In this document: positions 54,326 to 64,000 of the stretch, piece after piece
How positions within the stretch are numbered: position 1 is the stretch's first letter
Layout: each line of letters starts with the position of its first letter
Origin: Paraspadella gotoi
Taxonomy: Eukaryota > Animalia > Chaetognatha
Direction: 5' to 3'
Length of the DNA: 64,000 nt
Assembly: GCA_051294375.1 (NCBI GenBank)
Contig: CM119267.1
Coordinates: 9,201,709-9,265,708, forward strand
Made by a program: the position numbers and the translations under genes
The notes under the pieces: generated by a model
What the model saw: only the letters and a program-made list of their open reading frames with translations
Databases searched by the model: none
Told to the model about the DNA's origin: nothing

Positions 54326-57300
54326 ATGCCTTTTATCGTATCCTTGATGAGATCGCAGTTGTCAACGTACAACGTATATTTTTTGGTTATTCTCATGCTA
54401 TCTCATTTGATGCTGCAAATCAACCGATTCATTCTCGCTATAGTAGCTCAGCCCGTCGCTCAAGCGTTGCATTTCGGTGACCAGGCGTGCATGCGTAATA
54501 AGTCAATTGAGATAAATAACGTCAATTGGACTGACCAAGATGTGGACTCTGTTTGCCGCGGAGCAAACAATGTAAGTATGAATTCAATAAAATACTTAAC
54601 TCAGGCTTTCGATTTCTTAAGGGTATTTTATGATATGTACTAATGTCTTCTGTCAGTTTCAATTCCTTTGAACGATACCAGAAAGCTATAATACTGTGAT
54701 GTGTTGTTATCGTGTATATTTGTACTAATTTTTATCATTTACTTATACTTAATATTAATAAAAACACTTCAATAACGATATTTTTAACTTTTACTTTAAG
54801 GCTTCTGATTGTTATGACCTTGTCACTGACGAAAACGGCTTTTCTCTGTGCGCTTACGATTATTTTGGTGGTGGATTGGAATATCAAATTCTGGTGGGTC
54901 CAGTCTACATATTCGTCTTCACCTTTAGTGGAATTTTGATGGGCTTTCTTGCCGATCGTTACAATCGCAAGAACCTGCTTGCCCTTTTCCTTGCGCTCTG
55001 GTCTATCGTCATAGTACTAATGGCTTTTGTCACACAGTACTGGCAGGTTATTTCTCGTAAAAGAACTTTGTGTCATTGCCAAATTTTATCGAGGCTCTCA
55101 TTTTTTTTAGCTGCTGGTTCTTCGTCTACTGCTCGGCTTCACCCAAGCAGGGTGCGTTCCTTTTGCTTCGTCGCTGATCGCCGATATCCTGTCGGCGTCA
55201 CTGCGCGGTGCCGGGATAGCCTTCTTCGAGATCGGCGTTTACTTTGGCTTTAGCCTTGCCTTCGTCGTGGGCAACCTCGTCACTGAGGCGGATATTTTTG
55301 GCTTTGCTTGGAGACCGGCCTTCGTCGTTGCCGGGGCGCCCGGTGAGAGGCCGGAGAAAAGTTTACATGTTTCCGCCTAACTAGTAGTAATACTCTTAAC
55401 ACTGATGAGGTTTCCCCAATCCCCATATTAGGCGTTCTTCTCGCGCTTGTGATCTTGGCGACAATTCGAGAACCGGAACGAAAAACCCAGTCACTGCTCA
55501 ACGCGGATGTTGTAGGAGCAGACCCAGACCAAAATTTGGGGTGGAAAAAAACGTCGGAGCTGTTTTGCCGTCCCTTTCTTTTAGTTTTCTTTCTCGCCAG
55601 CGCCTTGAGAATGGGGGCCGGCTATTGTTTCGCATATAATAATCAAGTAAATCAGTTGTTGGAGAATGAGCCGTTTTATTTGACAAAATAACCCGTTTAT
55701 ATTTGAATGTATCATATTTATTTTTTTATTAATAGATTTATTTTGCCATGATTGGAGAGTCGGCAACCTCCATCGCTCGCTGGATGTCGTGGGTTCCTGC
55801 CGTTTCCGGTTCCATCGGTTGTCTGCTCGGCGGAATCATTTCCGACCGCGTCGCTCCACGTCTCGGCGTCGTGGGAAGAATTTGGGTCGTCGTGGCCTCT
55901 CTCATACTCGCGTCTCCTTTTGGATGTGAGTTACGAGCTATTTTTTATCTTTTCCTCAAATTAACTTTGACTATTTTGCCTTAGCGGGAGTGCTATTTCT
56001 TTCACCACCATATTGCTACCTCGCGTTGATCGGCAATTATATTCTCGGTGAGACGTTTATCGGAGTTTGTATTACTATCGTGGTCGAACTCTTTCCCGTC
56101 AGGATGCGCGCCTCAGCCGTTGGTGTTTATATTTTCGTTATTCAAAATATCGGGGGAAATATGGAAATGTTCATACCTCCTCTCAGGCAAGGACCGTTAC
56201 GAATTATGAATTTATGGCAACAGCCGGGCTGCCTGTGATGCCCATTGGGATGGGGCATCTCACTGTTGGCTTTGGGGGCTTCCGACCCTCAGTGATGCCT
56301 CCAGTCACTGGCGCGGTTACCCTAGGATGGTCTCGCTTTGCCAACGCAGAGGGAAGTCGTTAGGACTGTGGATGGAACACTACGCCTGGGATGGTGTGTT
56401 CCCCCTCTGAGCCAATGGATTTGGCTGACGGATGGTGGACGTGAGGCAGTGTGAATATACTGCCACAGGATCCCCGGGCCAAGACATCACTCAGGTTCCT
56501 CAAGCCTGAGAGGTGTCTGACAAGACTGTTACCATAGTGGGAGAGAGAGAGAGAGCGCGAGTTGTGGGGCATAGGCGTTTGTCGTAGCGTACCCCAGGGG
56601 CATAGGCGTTTGTCGTAGCGTACCCGAAGTCGGCAGGGCATAGGCGTTTGTCGTAGCGTACCCTGAGAAGGTTGCGTGTTCGATAGTAGGGCTCACCACT
56701 TATGGCAACAGCCGGGCTGCCTGTGATGCCCATTGGGATGGGGCATCTCACTGTTGGCTTTGGGGGCTTCCGACCCTCAGTGATGCCTCCAGTCACTGGC
56801 GCGGTTACCCTAGGACGGTCTCGCTTTGCCAACGCAGAGGGAAGTCGTTAGGACTGTGGATGGAACACTACGCCTGGGATGGTGTGTTCCCCTCTGAGCC
56901 AATGGATTTGGCTGACGGATGGTGGACGTGAGGCAGTGTGAATATACTGCCACAAATTAATGTTTTCTGATTGTCTGGCTTATTGATTTATCGTTTGATT
57001 GCTATACTTAATCCATTGTACAATGTTCAGGCATCTAATGCAAACTACTTATCAGTCCATGTCGACGTTTAAAAGCCTACAATATTCCTTGTTTGTAATG
57101 TACCCGGGAATGTATTGGGTCAGCGCAGCCCTGTACATCGTCACCATACTCATGTTAGCGTGCGGTTTAAGCAACGAGTTTCACGTCAACGACGATCGGT
57201 ATGAAATCATGAACATATTTTTTTCACCAAAGTTTCTTTTAAATGTGGAGATATTTTCAGAAGAGCTTGCGGAGATAACCGAATCGATCCCTTGCGGCGG

Positions 57301-57417
57301 AGTGCCACCGATATTGCTTCTGAAATTAGGACGACGAGTGAACAAGAAGTGCAGCTTGAAGATAAAGACGACACTTTTAGCGGAAAGGGCGAAAACTTCA
57401 ACCCAGCTTCGAATTAA
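54326..57417 (+). CDS. MFS transporter, spinster-like, multi-exon; start uncertain
   Basis: LQINRFILAIV, EYQILVGPVYIFVF..GFLADRYNRKNLL, GCLLGGIISDR, IVVELFPVRMRASAVG. Confidence 0.8.
56265..56345 (-). ncRNA. Type-P5 twister-ribozyme-like motif in the 3' LTR; predicted cleavage between 56319 and 56318
   Basis: - strand: GTTGGC AAA GCGA GA CCA TCCTAGGG T^AA CCGC GC CAGTGA-9nt-TCACTG AGGG TCGG AAGC CCCC AAA GCCAAC; T1 has a C-A mismatch in this copy. Confidence 0.68.
56753..56833 (-). ncRNA. Type-P5 twister-ribozyme-like motif in the 5' LTR; predicted cleavage between 56807 and 56806
   Basis: Same layout with an intact T1 (loop CGG / CCG), T2 (GC/GC), P3, P4 GGG/CCC and closing P5 GTTGGC/GCCAAC. 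Confidence 0.75.
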
Positions 57418-57941
57418 AAGTTTATTGGGAATTTATTTTCAGGACGAGCCTACATTTGGATGATTTCAGATATATTTATACATACTTGTATTTGGTGTTC
57501 TTTTTTTTGTTTTTGAAAACCCATGTCTATCTTTAAAAGAAGACTGCTCGAACCTAAAGCACTTTGAAAAAAGTTTTTATATATTTATTAAAAATATAAA
57601 CCGTGCAATTTACTTCACTCCGATATACATTAATTAGTTGAAATCAAGCGTGAACGTTTGTTTCGCTTATTTTGAGATTATTTTGTTAATTTTTTGAGGG
57701 CTGATTGTGGTCAGAGTTTAATTACATTACAAAGCTTATCTCTTACTCAGAATGTCTTTACAGTTGGTAAAAAATATTTTTGGTGCAAAGAAACTTCTAT
57801 CATCATTCAAGGAAGAATCAATATTTCTAAGTCGTCAGGTCAGTTAATTCCGTTTCCGTGTCTCCGGAAAGTTTCAATTATACGTACAATACCGGCTTTC
57901 TCTGCCGATCCTAGCGATTAACGCGCTTCCCGATCGAATCG

Positions 57942-58349
57942 ATGTCCGTCACTTCTGAAAACCCTCGCGAAAAAGTGATAATCGACAAGTTAACAACTGT
58001 GTTTCGACCATCATTCTTAAGTGTCGTTAACGAAAGTTACATGCACTCGGTGCCGAAAGGAAGCGAGACCCATTTTAAAGTAAGCGAAAGGTTCTTTGAA
58101 AAAGTGTTTGAGAATCGAGGCTTTTGTAGGGTTGGGGCGTTTCTTCTGTTGCAGGTAGTAGTCGTGTCGGACCAATTCGAGGGCGTCAAACCTATCGAGC
58201 GACATCGGCGGGTCAACGACGTACTAAAGGAAGAGTTGGCTACCGGAATGCACGCTCTTTCTATTCATGCGAAGACTCCTAGTCAGTGGCAATCATCTGG
58301 CAGAGACTTACCCAAATCCCCTCCGTGCATGGGAGGGATGGGTTTATAG
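57942..58349 (+). CDS. BOLA1: BolA-like protein 1; 75-nt intron 58080-58154
   Basis: VVNESYMHSVPKGSETHFK|VVVVSDQFEG..RHRRVN..HALSIHAKTP..SPPCMGG. Confidence 0.92.
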   Translation: MSVTSENPREKVIIDKLTTVFRPSFLSVVNESYMHSVPKGSETHFKVSERFFEKVFENRGFCRVGAFLLLQVVVVSDQFEGVKPIERHRRVNDVLKEELATGMHALSIHAKTPSQWQSSGRDLPKSPPCMGGMGL

Positions 58350-58583
58350 GCTATGATATTCTTTTTCCTGGGATTAGACGTCATGACGAATATTTTTAAC
58401 CATGAACTCTTGCAAATCTATCCCTCATAGTTTACTTACCTGTTATCTAATTTGTTAGTTTTCATTGTTTTTTTTGAATAATTAACATTTTTCGCGAACA
58501 GGTTATTCCTCTTTTTTTTCGAAAAAGCTCTAAATAGAATTAGGATACTGGAATGAAATCGATTTAGGTTTCCAGTCGTGACA

Positions 58584-59504
58584 ATGAGTCAGATGTGCGT
58601 CACTCCATTTTCTAGCAACATTTCTCAAGAGCGGCGCACATCCGGCGGTCGTCCCCACAGTCATGTAACAGCGGGGGAACCCATTTCGCTCAACGTGGGG
58701 GGCGTGAATTACACCACTTCGCTCACGACTCTTTTGAAACATCCCGAATCGATGCTGGGCCGGATGTTCAGCGGCCCCATCCCGACGGCGACCGATGGCG
58801 GGGGTTCCTTCTTCATAGACCGTGATGGCAACTTATTTCGGTACATCCTCAACTTTCTCCGCAACGACAAACTCACTCTGCCGGAAAACTTTAACGAGCT
58901 GGAGCAGTTGAAGGAGGAGGTGGACTTTTATCAAATTTCGCCGATGATGAAGGCGCTCGTCGACTACTCGGCCGCGCAGGAAGAGGCTCGACGAGTAGAG
59001 CACGCGGATCAGGAGCGCCTTTCCAACTCTCTCCTTAACGGCAAGATCGTCGACATTGTCGAACACAATGTGCTCGATCACATGGGCAGCAAATCCGTAC
59101 ACGTCTACGCCCCCGCTGACATTCTTAAGTGCTTTCCCCTCCAACCGGACGATTTGGCCAACGTGGAAAAACTTGTGCAAGTGGCTCAGCAGACGGATTA
59201 CCACCCAAACCGCAGTCCCGACGGGCCGCTTTGGCATCTGGGGAAGGGCTACATAGAGATGCAAAACCTCACCTATCTGACTCGCAGCGAACTGAGCGAG
59301 TTGCTTCGATCTTTTGGATGTCGGCTTCTCCACACCTCGACTTCGTACAGTAACGGGAGCGAAGTAACGAACAAGAACGTTTTAACTGTCCTGGACAAGT
59401 GGTTCGTGGCCGACCACTCACTTCCCGCAATGAAAGAACTGAGCATGTCTCGAAGGGCTCTCCCGCCTGGGCGTCTCGTCGGCTTTCTTGATTGGAATCC
59501 CTAA
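58584..59504 (+). CDS. BTB/POZ (T1-type) KCTD family protein, intronless
   Basis: ISLNVGGVNYTTSLTTLLKHPESMLGRMF..FFIDRDGNLFRYILNFLR..EEVDFYQI. Confidence 0.88.
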   Translation: MSQMCVTPFSSNISQERRTSGGRPHSHVTAGEPISLNVGGVNYTTSLTTLLKHPESMLGRMFSGPIPTATDGGGSFFIDRDGNLFRYILNFLRNDKLTLPENFNELEQLKEEVDFYQISPMMKALVDYSAAQEEARRVEHADQERLSNSLLNGKIVDIVEHNVLDHMGSKSVHVYAPADILKCFPLQPDDLANVEKLVQVAQQTDYHPNRSPDGPLWHLGKGYIEMQNLTYLTRSELSELLRSFGCRLLHTSTSYSNGSEVTNKNVLTVLDKWFVADHSLPAMKELSMSRRALPPGRLVGFLDWNP

Positions 59505-60204
59505 AGTAAAAATTACTGAGTTGAGGAAAAATGCTCATTGCTCAATGACTCGGACCCTTTTTTCTTTTTTTTTTCTAAGCCGTTGTTTGCTTGCCGTGGA
59601 TATACGTACGTCTTTGAAAATAGAGAAAGGATTTAGGAATCGGAGTACATGCCGTTTTTATTTTTAAGGGATAATTTTGTGACACCTTATTATATTACAG
59701 CTATTCAAATTTATTCTTGTATTTATTAGCGTAAGTGGGCATTTGTTGGGGCCTAATAAATGTATATTACGATTTTTTTTTTATTGTGGCTCAGTTTTCA
59801 AAAAAAATGATCGTGATAAGATTTATATCAAAGTTAGTTTTTCAATCAGATAAAAATTTTAGTTCACGTTAAACAAGTGAATACTTTCCGACAATGACTT
59901 TGAATCTTGCCTGAAACTGAGAATGTGCACTTCATTCAAAGTGACATCCAATAGTCCATTCATTCGAAAACGAAATTTCATTTTCTTTGTCTAGGTTTTC
60001 TATTTTTTCTCTTGATAGTGTTATTTTAAAGAATACAATTTAAAATCCCAAATAATTGTTTTTCAATTTTAGTATTTAATATTTTCATAATATTTTATTC
60101 TGCGCACTCTACGTATTTTATTGGGGTGGGAATGCAGCTTTACAATTTTTCAAATATTTTATGAGTATCAGTACTTATTTGATTAGGTTAAAAAATTTGA
60201 AACC

Positions 60205-61572
60205 ATGACCGAATCCGAACCCATCATGGACACTGGATCCAACGATGCGGGGGTGGTGGACTGGCCCGATCGCTGGAACCATCTTCGAAAAGTGTTAGAG
60301 CGGACGGGGCCATTGGCCCACCCCGAGTTTGAAGCTTCTCCCGAATCGCTCGCCATTATGTTGGAGCACGTCCGCATCCTTGTCATCGGGGCTGGAGGTC
60401 TCGGATGCGAGCTGCTCAAAGACTTGGCGTTGATGGGATTTCGACAGATCTCGGTCATCGATATGGACACCATAGACGTGTCAAACCTCAACCGACAATT
60501 TCTCTTCAGACAATCGGACATCGGCATGCCCAAGGCCGAAGTCGCCGCAAGATTCGTCAATCAAAGGGTTCCTGGCTGCAACGTCGTTCCTTACTACAAA
60601 AAGATCCAGGACTTTGACGGGGATTTCTACACGCAGTTTCAGATCGTCGTTTGCGGTTTAGACTCGGTTCTGGCGAGGCGCTGGATTAACGGTATGCTTT
60701 TGAGCCTGTTAAACTACGACGACGAAGGAAATTTGGACGCGGAAAATCCCGGCGTCGTCTATCTTGTTGACGGTGGGACTGAAGGGTTCAAAGGCAACGC
60801 CCGGGTCGTTATTCCCGGCTCATCGGCTTGCATCGAGTGCACCCTCGATCTTTACCCGCCGCAAATAAACTTTCCCATGTGTACGCTGGCCCACACGCCT
60901 CGCCTGCCCGAACACTGCGTCGAGTTCATACGCGTCCTGGTTTGGCCGCAGGAAAAGCCTTTCGGGGAGGGCGTGGTCATAGATGGCGACGACCCATTGC
61001 ACCTCAAGTGGATACACGAAAGATCCCTAGCGCGCGCCGACGAGTTTGGCATCCTTGGCGTTACCTACCGTCTCACCCAGGGCGTCGTTAAGCGAATAAT
61101 TCCCGCGGTGGCCTCTACCAATGCGGTCATCGCAGCCGCTTGCGCCACCGAAGTCTTTAAGATCGTGAGCTCGACGGCGACGGCGCTGAGTAACTACATG
61201 ATTTTCAACGATACCCAAGGCGTTTATACCTACACCTTCGAGGCGGAGCGTCGCGACGACTGCCTCGCTTGTTCGCTGAAACGACAGAGCCTCTGCTTCC
61301 CCGAATCGACCAAACTGCAAGAGGTCGTCGACTACTTGACGGAAAGCGCACGTTACCAGATGAAAGCCCCTGGATTGACCACTGTTGTTAACGGGGCGAG
61401 CAAGACTTTGTACATGCAAAACATCAAATCCATTGAAGAGAAAACCAAACCGAACTTAAAGTTGTCGCTGAAAGAGTTGGGTTTGGGCGATGGTCAAGAA
61501 ATCGTCGTTGCAGATGTAACCACGCCCACCTCGCTCGTTTTTAAGCTGAAGATGACGGACAACGAAACGTAA
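60205..61572 (+). CDS. UBA3: NEDD8-activating enzyme E1 catalytic subunit, intronless
   Basis: [80 protein letters not shown]. Confidence 0.96.
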   Translation: MTESEPIMDTGSNDAGVVDWPDRWNHLRKVLERTGPLAHPEFEASPESLAIMLEHVRILVIGAGGLGCELLKDLALMGFRQISVIDMDTIDVSNLNRQFLFRQSDIGMPKAEVAARFVNQRVPGCNVVPYYKKIQDFDGDFYTQFQIVVCGLDSVLARRWINGMLLSLLNYDDEGNLDAENPGVVYLVDGGTEGFKGNARVVIPGSSACIECTLDLYPPQINFPMCTLAHTPRLPEHCVEFIRVLVWPQEKPFGEGVVIDGDDPLHLKWIHERSLARADEFGILGVTYRLTQGVVKRIIPAVASTNAVIAAACATEVFKIVSSTATALSNYMIFNDTQGVYTYTFEAERRDDCLACSLKRQSLCFPESTKLQEVVDYLTESARYQMKAPGLTTVVNGASKTLYMQNIKSIEEKTKPNLKLSLKELGLGDGQEIVVADVTTPTSLVFKLKMTDNET

Positions 61573-61682
61573 ACGAGGCTCAGAATATTTTAAATTTTTA
61601 AGGTTATTCGATGCCATCTATATGTCTTTACTGTGTTTCTAAGCCTAGCCTCTAAACTTTGTATCTGGTCTCGCTTTCAGCC

Positions 61683-62615
61683 ATGATCCGTGCCGTTATG
61701 CGTTTAAGTTTATTTCAATCCGTTCCTCATCCTTCAAACTCTTTAACCAAATTTTCTAGTCACATTCGAATCGCTCCCTCCTTAAATCGTCCTCTAAAAT
61801 TGGGCGAGCGAAATTGCTCCGTCGAACACTCTTCACTCATTGACATTTCGCTTGACAGATGGCGCGGCGTATCCGTTGATTCGCGAAAGCATTTTTCTGA
61901 CTTTACACCCGAATCCTTTCGCGCGCAAATCACCTCGGCCCTCTCGTTCTGGACGAGAAACGATGTCCGGGTTGTCACCCTGAAAATTTATGAAACTCAT
62001 GCCTCTTTCGTTCCGATCGCCGTTGAGTCGGGCTTTTCTTTTCACCACGCCCAACACGGCTACGTTTTTCTCAAGAGGTGGCTCTCCTCTGAGCCAGACT
62101 CTTATCCCCCCTTCGCCAATCATTACCTCGGGGTCGCTGGTTTAGTGATCGACGAGTCGCTCGATCACCTGCTGGTCGTTCGCGAACGCTTCGCATACTC
62201 CAATCTATGGAAACTCCCGGGTGGAGCCGCCGAAAATGGGGAAAACATCGAGGACGTGGCGGTTCGCGAGGTGTTGGAAGAGACTGGCGTCGAGACCGAG
62301 TTCGTCGCCGTCCTCTGCTTTCGTCAGATACACCAGTTCCGTCACGGATGCTCCGACTTCTACTTCGTCTGCCACTTACGACCGAAGACGATCGAGATTA
62401 AAAAGTGCGACGTGGAGATAGAAGAGTGTCGATGGATGAATTTGGACGAGTATTTGAAATTGGAGTCGACGACAGCTATGAACAGATTCTTTGTCGAGTG
62501 TTATTTAGATTATTGCGAGCAAAAGAAGTTTAGAGGATACATTGGGAAAAAGAGTGTTTATCATCATATTAACAAAGTCTATTGCAACATTTTTAGCATT
62601 CATGGAGAAAAGTGA
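61683..62615 (+). CDS. NUDT6: Nudix hydrolase, NUDT6-like
   Basis: GFSFHHA..LKRWL..PPFANHYLGVAGLV..WKLPGG, Nudix box GENIEDVAVREVLEETGV, FRQIHQFRHGCSDFYFVC. Confidence 0.85.
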   Translation: MIRAVMRLSLFQSVPHPSNSLTKFSSHIRIAPSLNRPLKLGERNCSVEHSSLIDISLDRWRGVSVDSRKHFSDFTPESFRAQITSALSFWTRNDVRVVTLKIYETHASFVPIAVESGFSFHHAQHGYVFLKRWLSSEPDSYPPFANHYLGVAGLVIDESLDHLLVVRERFAYSNLWKLPGGAAENGENIEDVAVREVLEETGVETEFVAVLCFRQIHQFRHGCSDFYFVCHLRPKTIEIKKCDVEIEECRWMNLDEYLKLESTTAMNRFFVECYLDYCEQKKFRGYIGKKSVYHHINKVYCNIFSIHGEK

Positions 62616-62835
62616 GGTTCGCTGATTTTTCGATTTCTCATTTTTATATTGAAAAGCAAACTGGTGGTTATAGTCGAATAGTATAATTTTTTCTTACCTT
62701 TTCATTTTTCTCTTGACATGTCAATAGACTTTAAAAAGCCAGTAAATTAAAATGTCAAGACTTATCAACTTTAGTCAAATTTGTCACCTCCGGCCTAATG
62801 GGTTATATACATCTTACTTATCTACCTCCAACTTC

Positions 62836-63295
62836 ATGAGTTCCACGACGCATCAACCTGTAGGTTCATCATCGGATCATCTAGCCAAAGGTAAATTCCT
62901 TTTAGACTGTAGTCACTAGTCAGTGTAGTCACGACTGAAGGAGCAATGCTTAAAGGCGGGGTGAACTTATGCAATGCCCGACTATAAGACGTCTCCAAAG
63001 CAATCTATTATTTTCGACGGTAGAACGGATTTTTACGATTTTTTTTTCTTTTTTAGCCAAAAGATGGCTGCGCCTTCGTGTCGCCGGTGCTCTCTTGATT
63101 GGGGCTCTGGGAATATACGCCACGGCTCAATTCGCCAAATTCATGGATAAAGATAGCCAACCGCTCGAGTCTCAAATGGGCGATCACCAATCTCTCGACT
63201 CCGATGGAAATAAGCCAGAGAAAAATTTGGAAGCCGAAAAAGAGAAAAAATCTCGACATCGTCATTATCCTATTGTGTTGGGACCTAATCGTTGA
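62836..63295 (+). CDS. Predicted 97-aa single-pass membrane protein of unknown function; exons 62836-62890, 63057-63295
   Basis: In-frame GT-AG join gives MSSTTHQPVGSSSDHLAKAKRWLRLRVAGALLIGALGIYATAQFAKFMDKD...; one hydrophobic segment. Confidence 0.5.
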
Positions 63296-63448
63296 TATTA
63301 TTCTATTATTTTACATATTTTTGTGATTTTAATGCGATTTAACTAAATGAAACTTTTATTTTATGTTCAATTTTATTTTTACTTTTTACTTTTTATTTTC
63401 GTTGTCCTAAAAAGGCGTCATAATTTTGTTCCGACTGCAACCAAGATA

Positions 63449-64000
63449 ATGGACTGTCAATCCCTTCTTCGTTTGGCCTCGGTCCTCGTTCCCCTCTCCC
63501 TTCTCCTCTTCCTCTTTCGACGAAGAAAGCGCGAGAGCCCCTTGAGTCTACAAGGACGCGTCGTTGCTGTGACCGGCGCCAGTTCGGGTCTGGGCGCCTC
63601 TTGCGCCAAACTCTTTCATTCTATAGGCTGTCGGGTGGTTCTTTGCGGTCGGGATGTGGCTGCGCTGGAACGCCTCGCCGTGGCTTTCGACCAGGAAGAT
63701 TCCAATTCCTTCGTGGCGCGACATCGTCCTAAGTGCGTCCACCTTGATCTCGCCGACTACGCCTCGGTCAAGAGTTCGGCCGAAGCCATCGCCTCCGCTT
63801 TTGGTGCAGTAGACATTCTGATTAACAACGCCGGAATCAGTTACCGCGGAGAAATCCGCGACACTGACGTCGCGGTGGACGTCAAGCTCATGACTGTAAA
63901 CTACTTGAGCCAAGTCGCTCTCACTAAGGCGTTGTTGCCGCGATTGCTCGACCAAGCGGAAGGCCAGCGTTCCCACATTGTCTCGATCAGCAGCGTTCAA
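63449..64000 (+). CDS. DHRS7B: Short-chain dehydrogenase/reductase 7B, 5' part (runs off the window)
   Basis: N-terminal TM, VVAVTGASSGLG, VVLCGRD, VDILINNAGISYRG, MTVNY..VALTKALLP, HIVSISSVQ. Confidence 0.88.
   Translation, partial: MDCQSLLRLASVLVPLSLLLFLFRRRKRESPLSLQGRVVAVTGASSGLGASCAKLFHSIGCRVVLCGRDVAALERLAVAFDQEDSNSFVARHRPKCVHLDLADYASVKSSAEAIASAFGAVDILINNAGISYRGEIRDTDVAVDVKLMTVNYLSQVALTKALLPRLLDQAEGQRSHIVSISSVQ

Larger units (their letters stand above)
56213..56954 (-). mobile_element. Complete non-autonomous LTR element (TRIM/retrozyme-like): LTRs 56213-56467 and 56701-56954, 233-bp internal region, TSD AATT; antisense in an MFS gene intron
   Basis: LTRs differ by one substitution (56328 T / 56816 C) and one 1-nt indel; termini TGTGGCA..TGCCATA; AATT on both sides; PBS-like TGGTGAGCC 2 nt after the 5' LTR; GGGGATCC before the 3' LTR; three internal GGCATAGGCGTTTGTCGTAGCGTACCC repeats. 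Confidence 0.93.

Noticed and set aside
56213-56954. Hammerhead ribozyme in the LTRs, as in known retrozymes
   Set aside because: No CUGANGA plus GAAA core on either strand; the motif fits twister instead
63548-64000. 150-aa - strand ORF
   Set aside because: Antisense to DHRS7B, which has clear SDR motifs on the + strand

Overview
Eukaryotic (animal-like, invertebrate-type) genomic DNA with short AT-rich introns and very dense genes. I find 28 protein-coding genes, 27 of them on the + strand, often only 70-200 nt apart and usually with a pyrimidine-rich AG acceptor just before the ATG. This looks like operon-style transcription resolved by trans-splicing (inference). Genes include the SNRNP200 3' end, a RING-less TRIM-NHL-like gene, MRPL21, a cysteine desulfurase-TtcA fusion, ACSF3, an apparently inactive ADAR/ADAD-like gene, PPOX, RBM48, a Tudor protein, SUB1, ALDH4A1, an RRM/RGG protein, ABHD6-like (the only - strand gene), ATP5PD, a C2H2 ZNF, a bacterial-type sphingomyelinase C, an enoyl-CoA hydratase, INTS15, POLR1E, GALNT2, STXBP4-like, an MFS transporter, BOLA1, a KCTD, UBA3, NUDT6 and DHRS7B. 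The most notable observation is a young 742-bp non-coding LTR element (56213-56954; 4-bp TSD, PBS) whose LTRs each carry a type-P5 twister-ribozyme-like fold. A diverged solo LTR at 39920-40118 preserves the same fold with compensatory changes, making this a candidate twister-based LTR 'retrozyme'. Other repeats include a ~965-bp-arm inverted repeat in a POLR1E intron, Helitron-like minisatellite elements and a CRE-like non-LTR 3' fragment. All calls come from reading the sequence by eye; no searches or folding programs were run, and exon boundaries are predictions.
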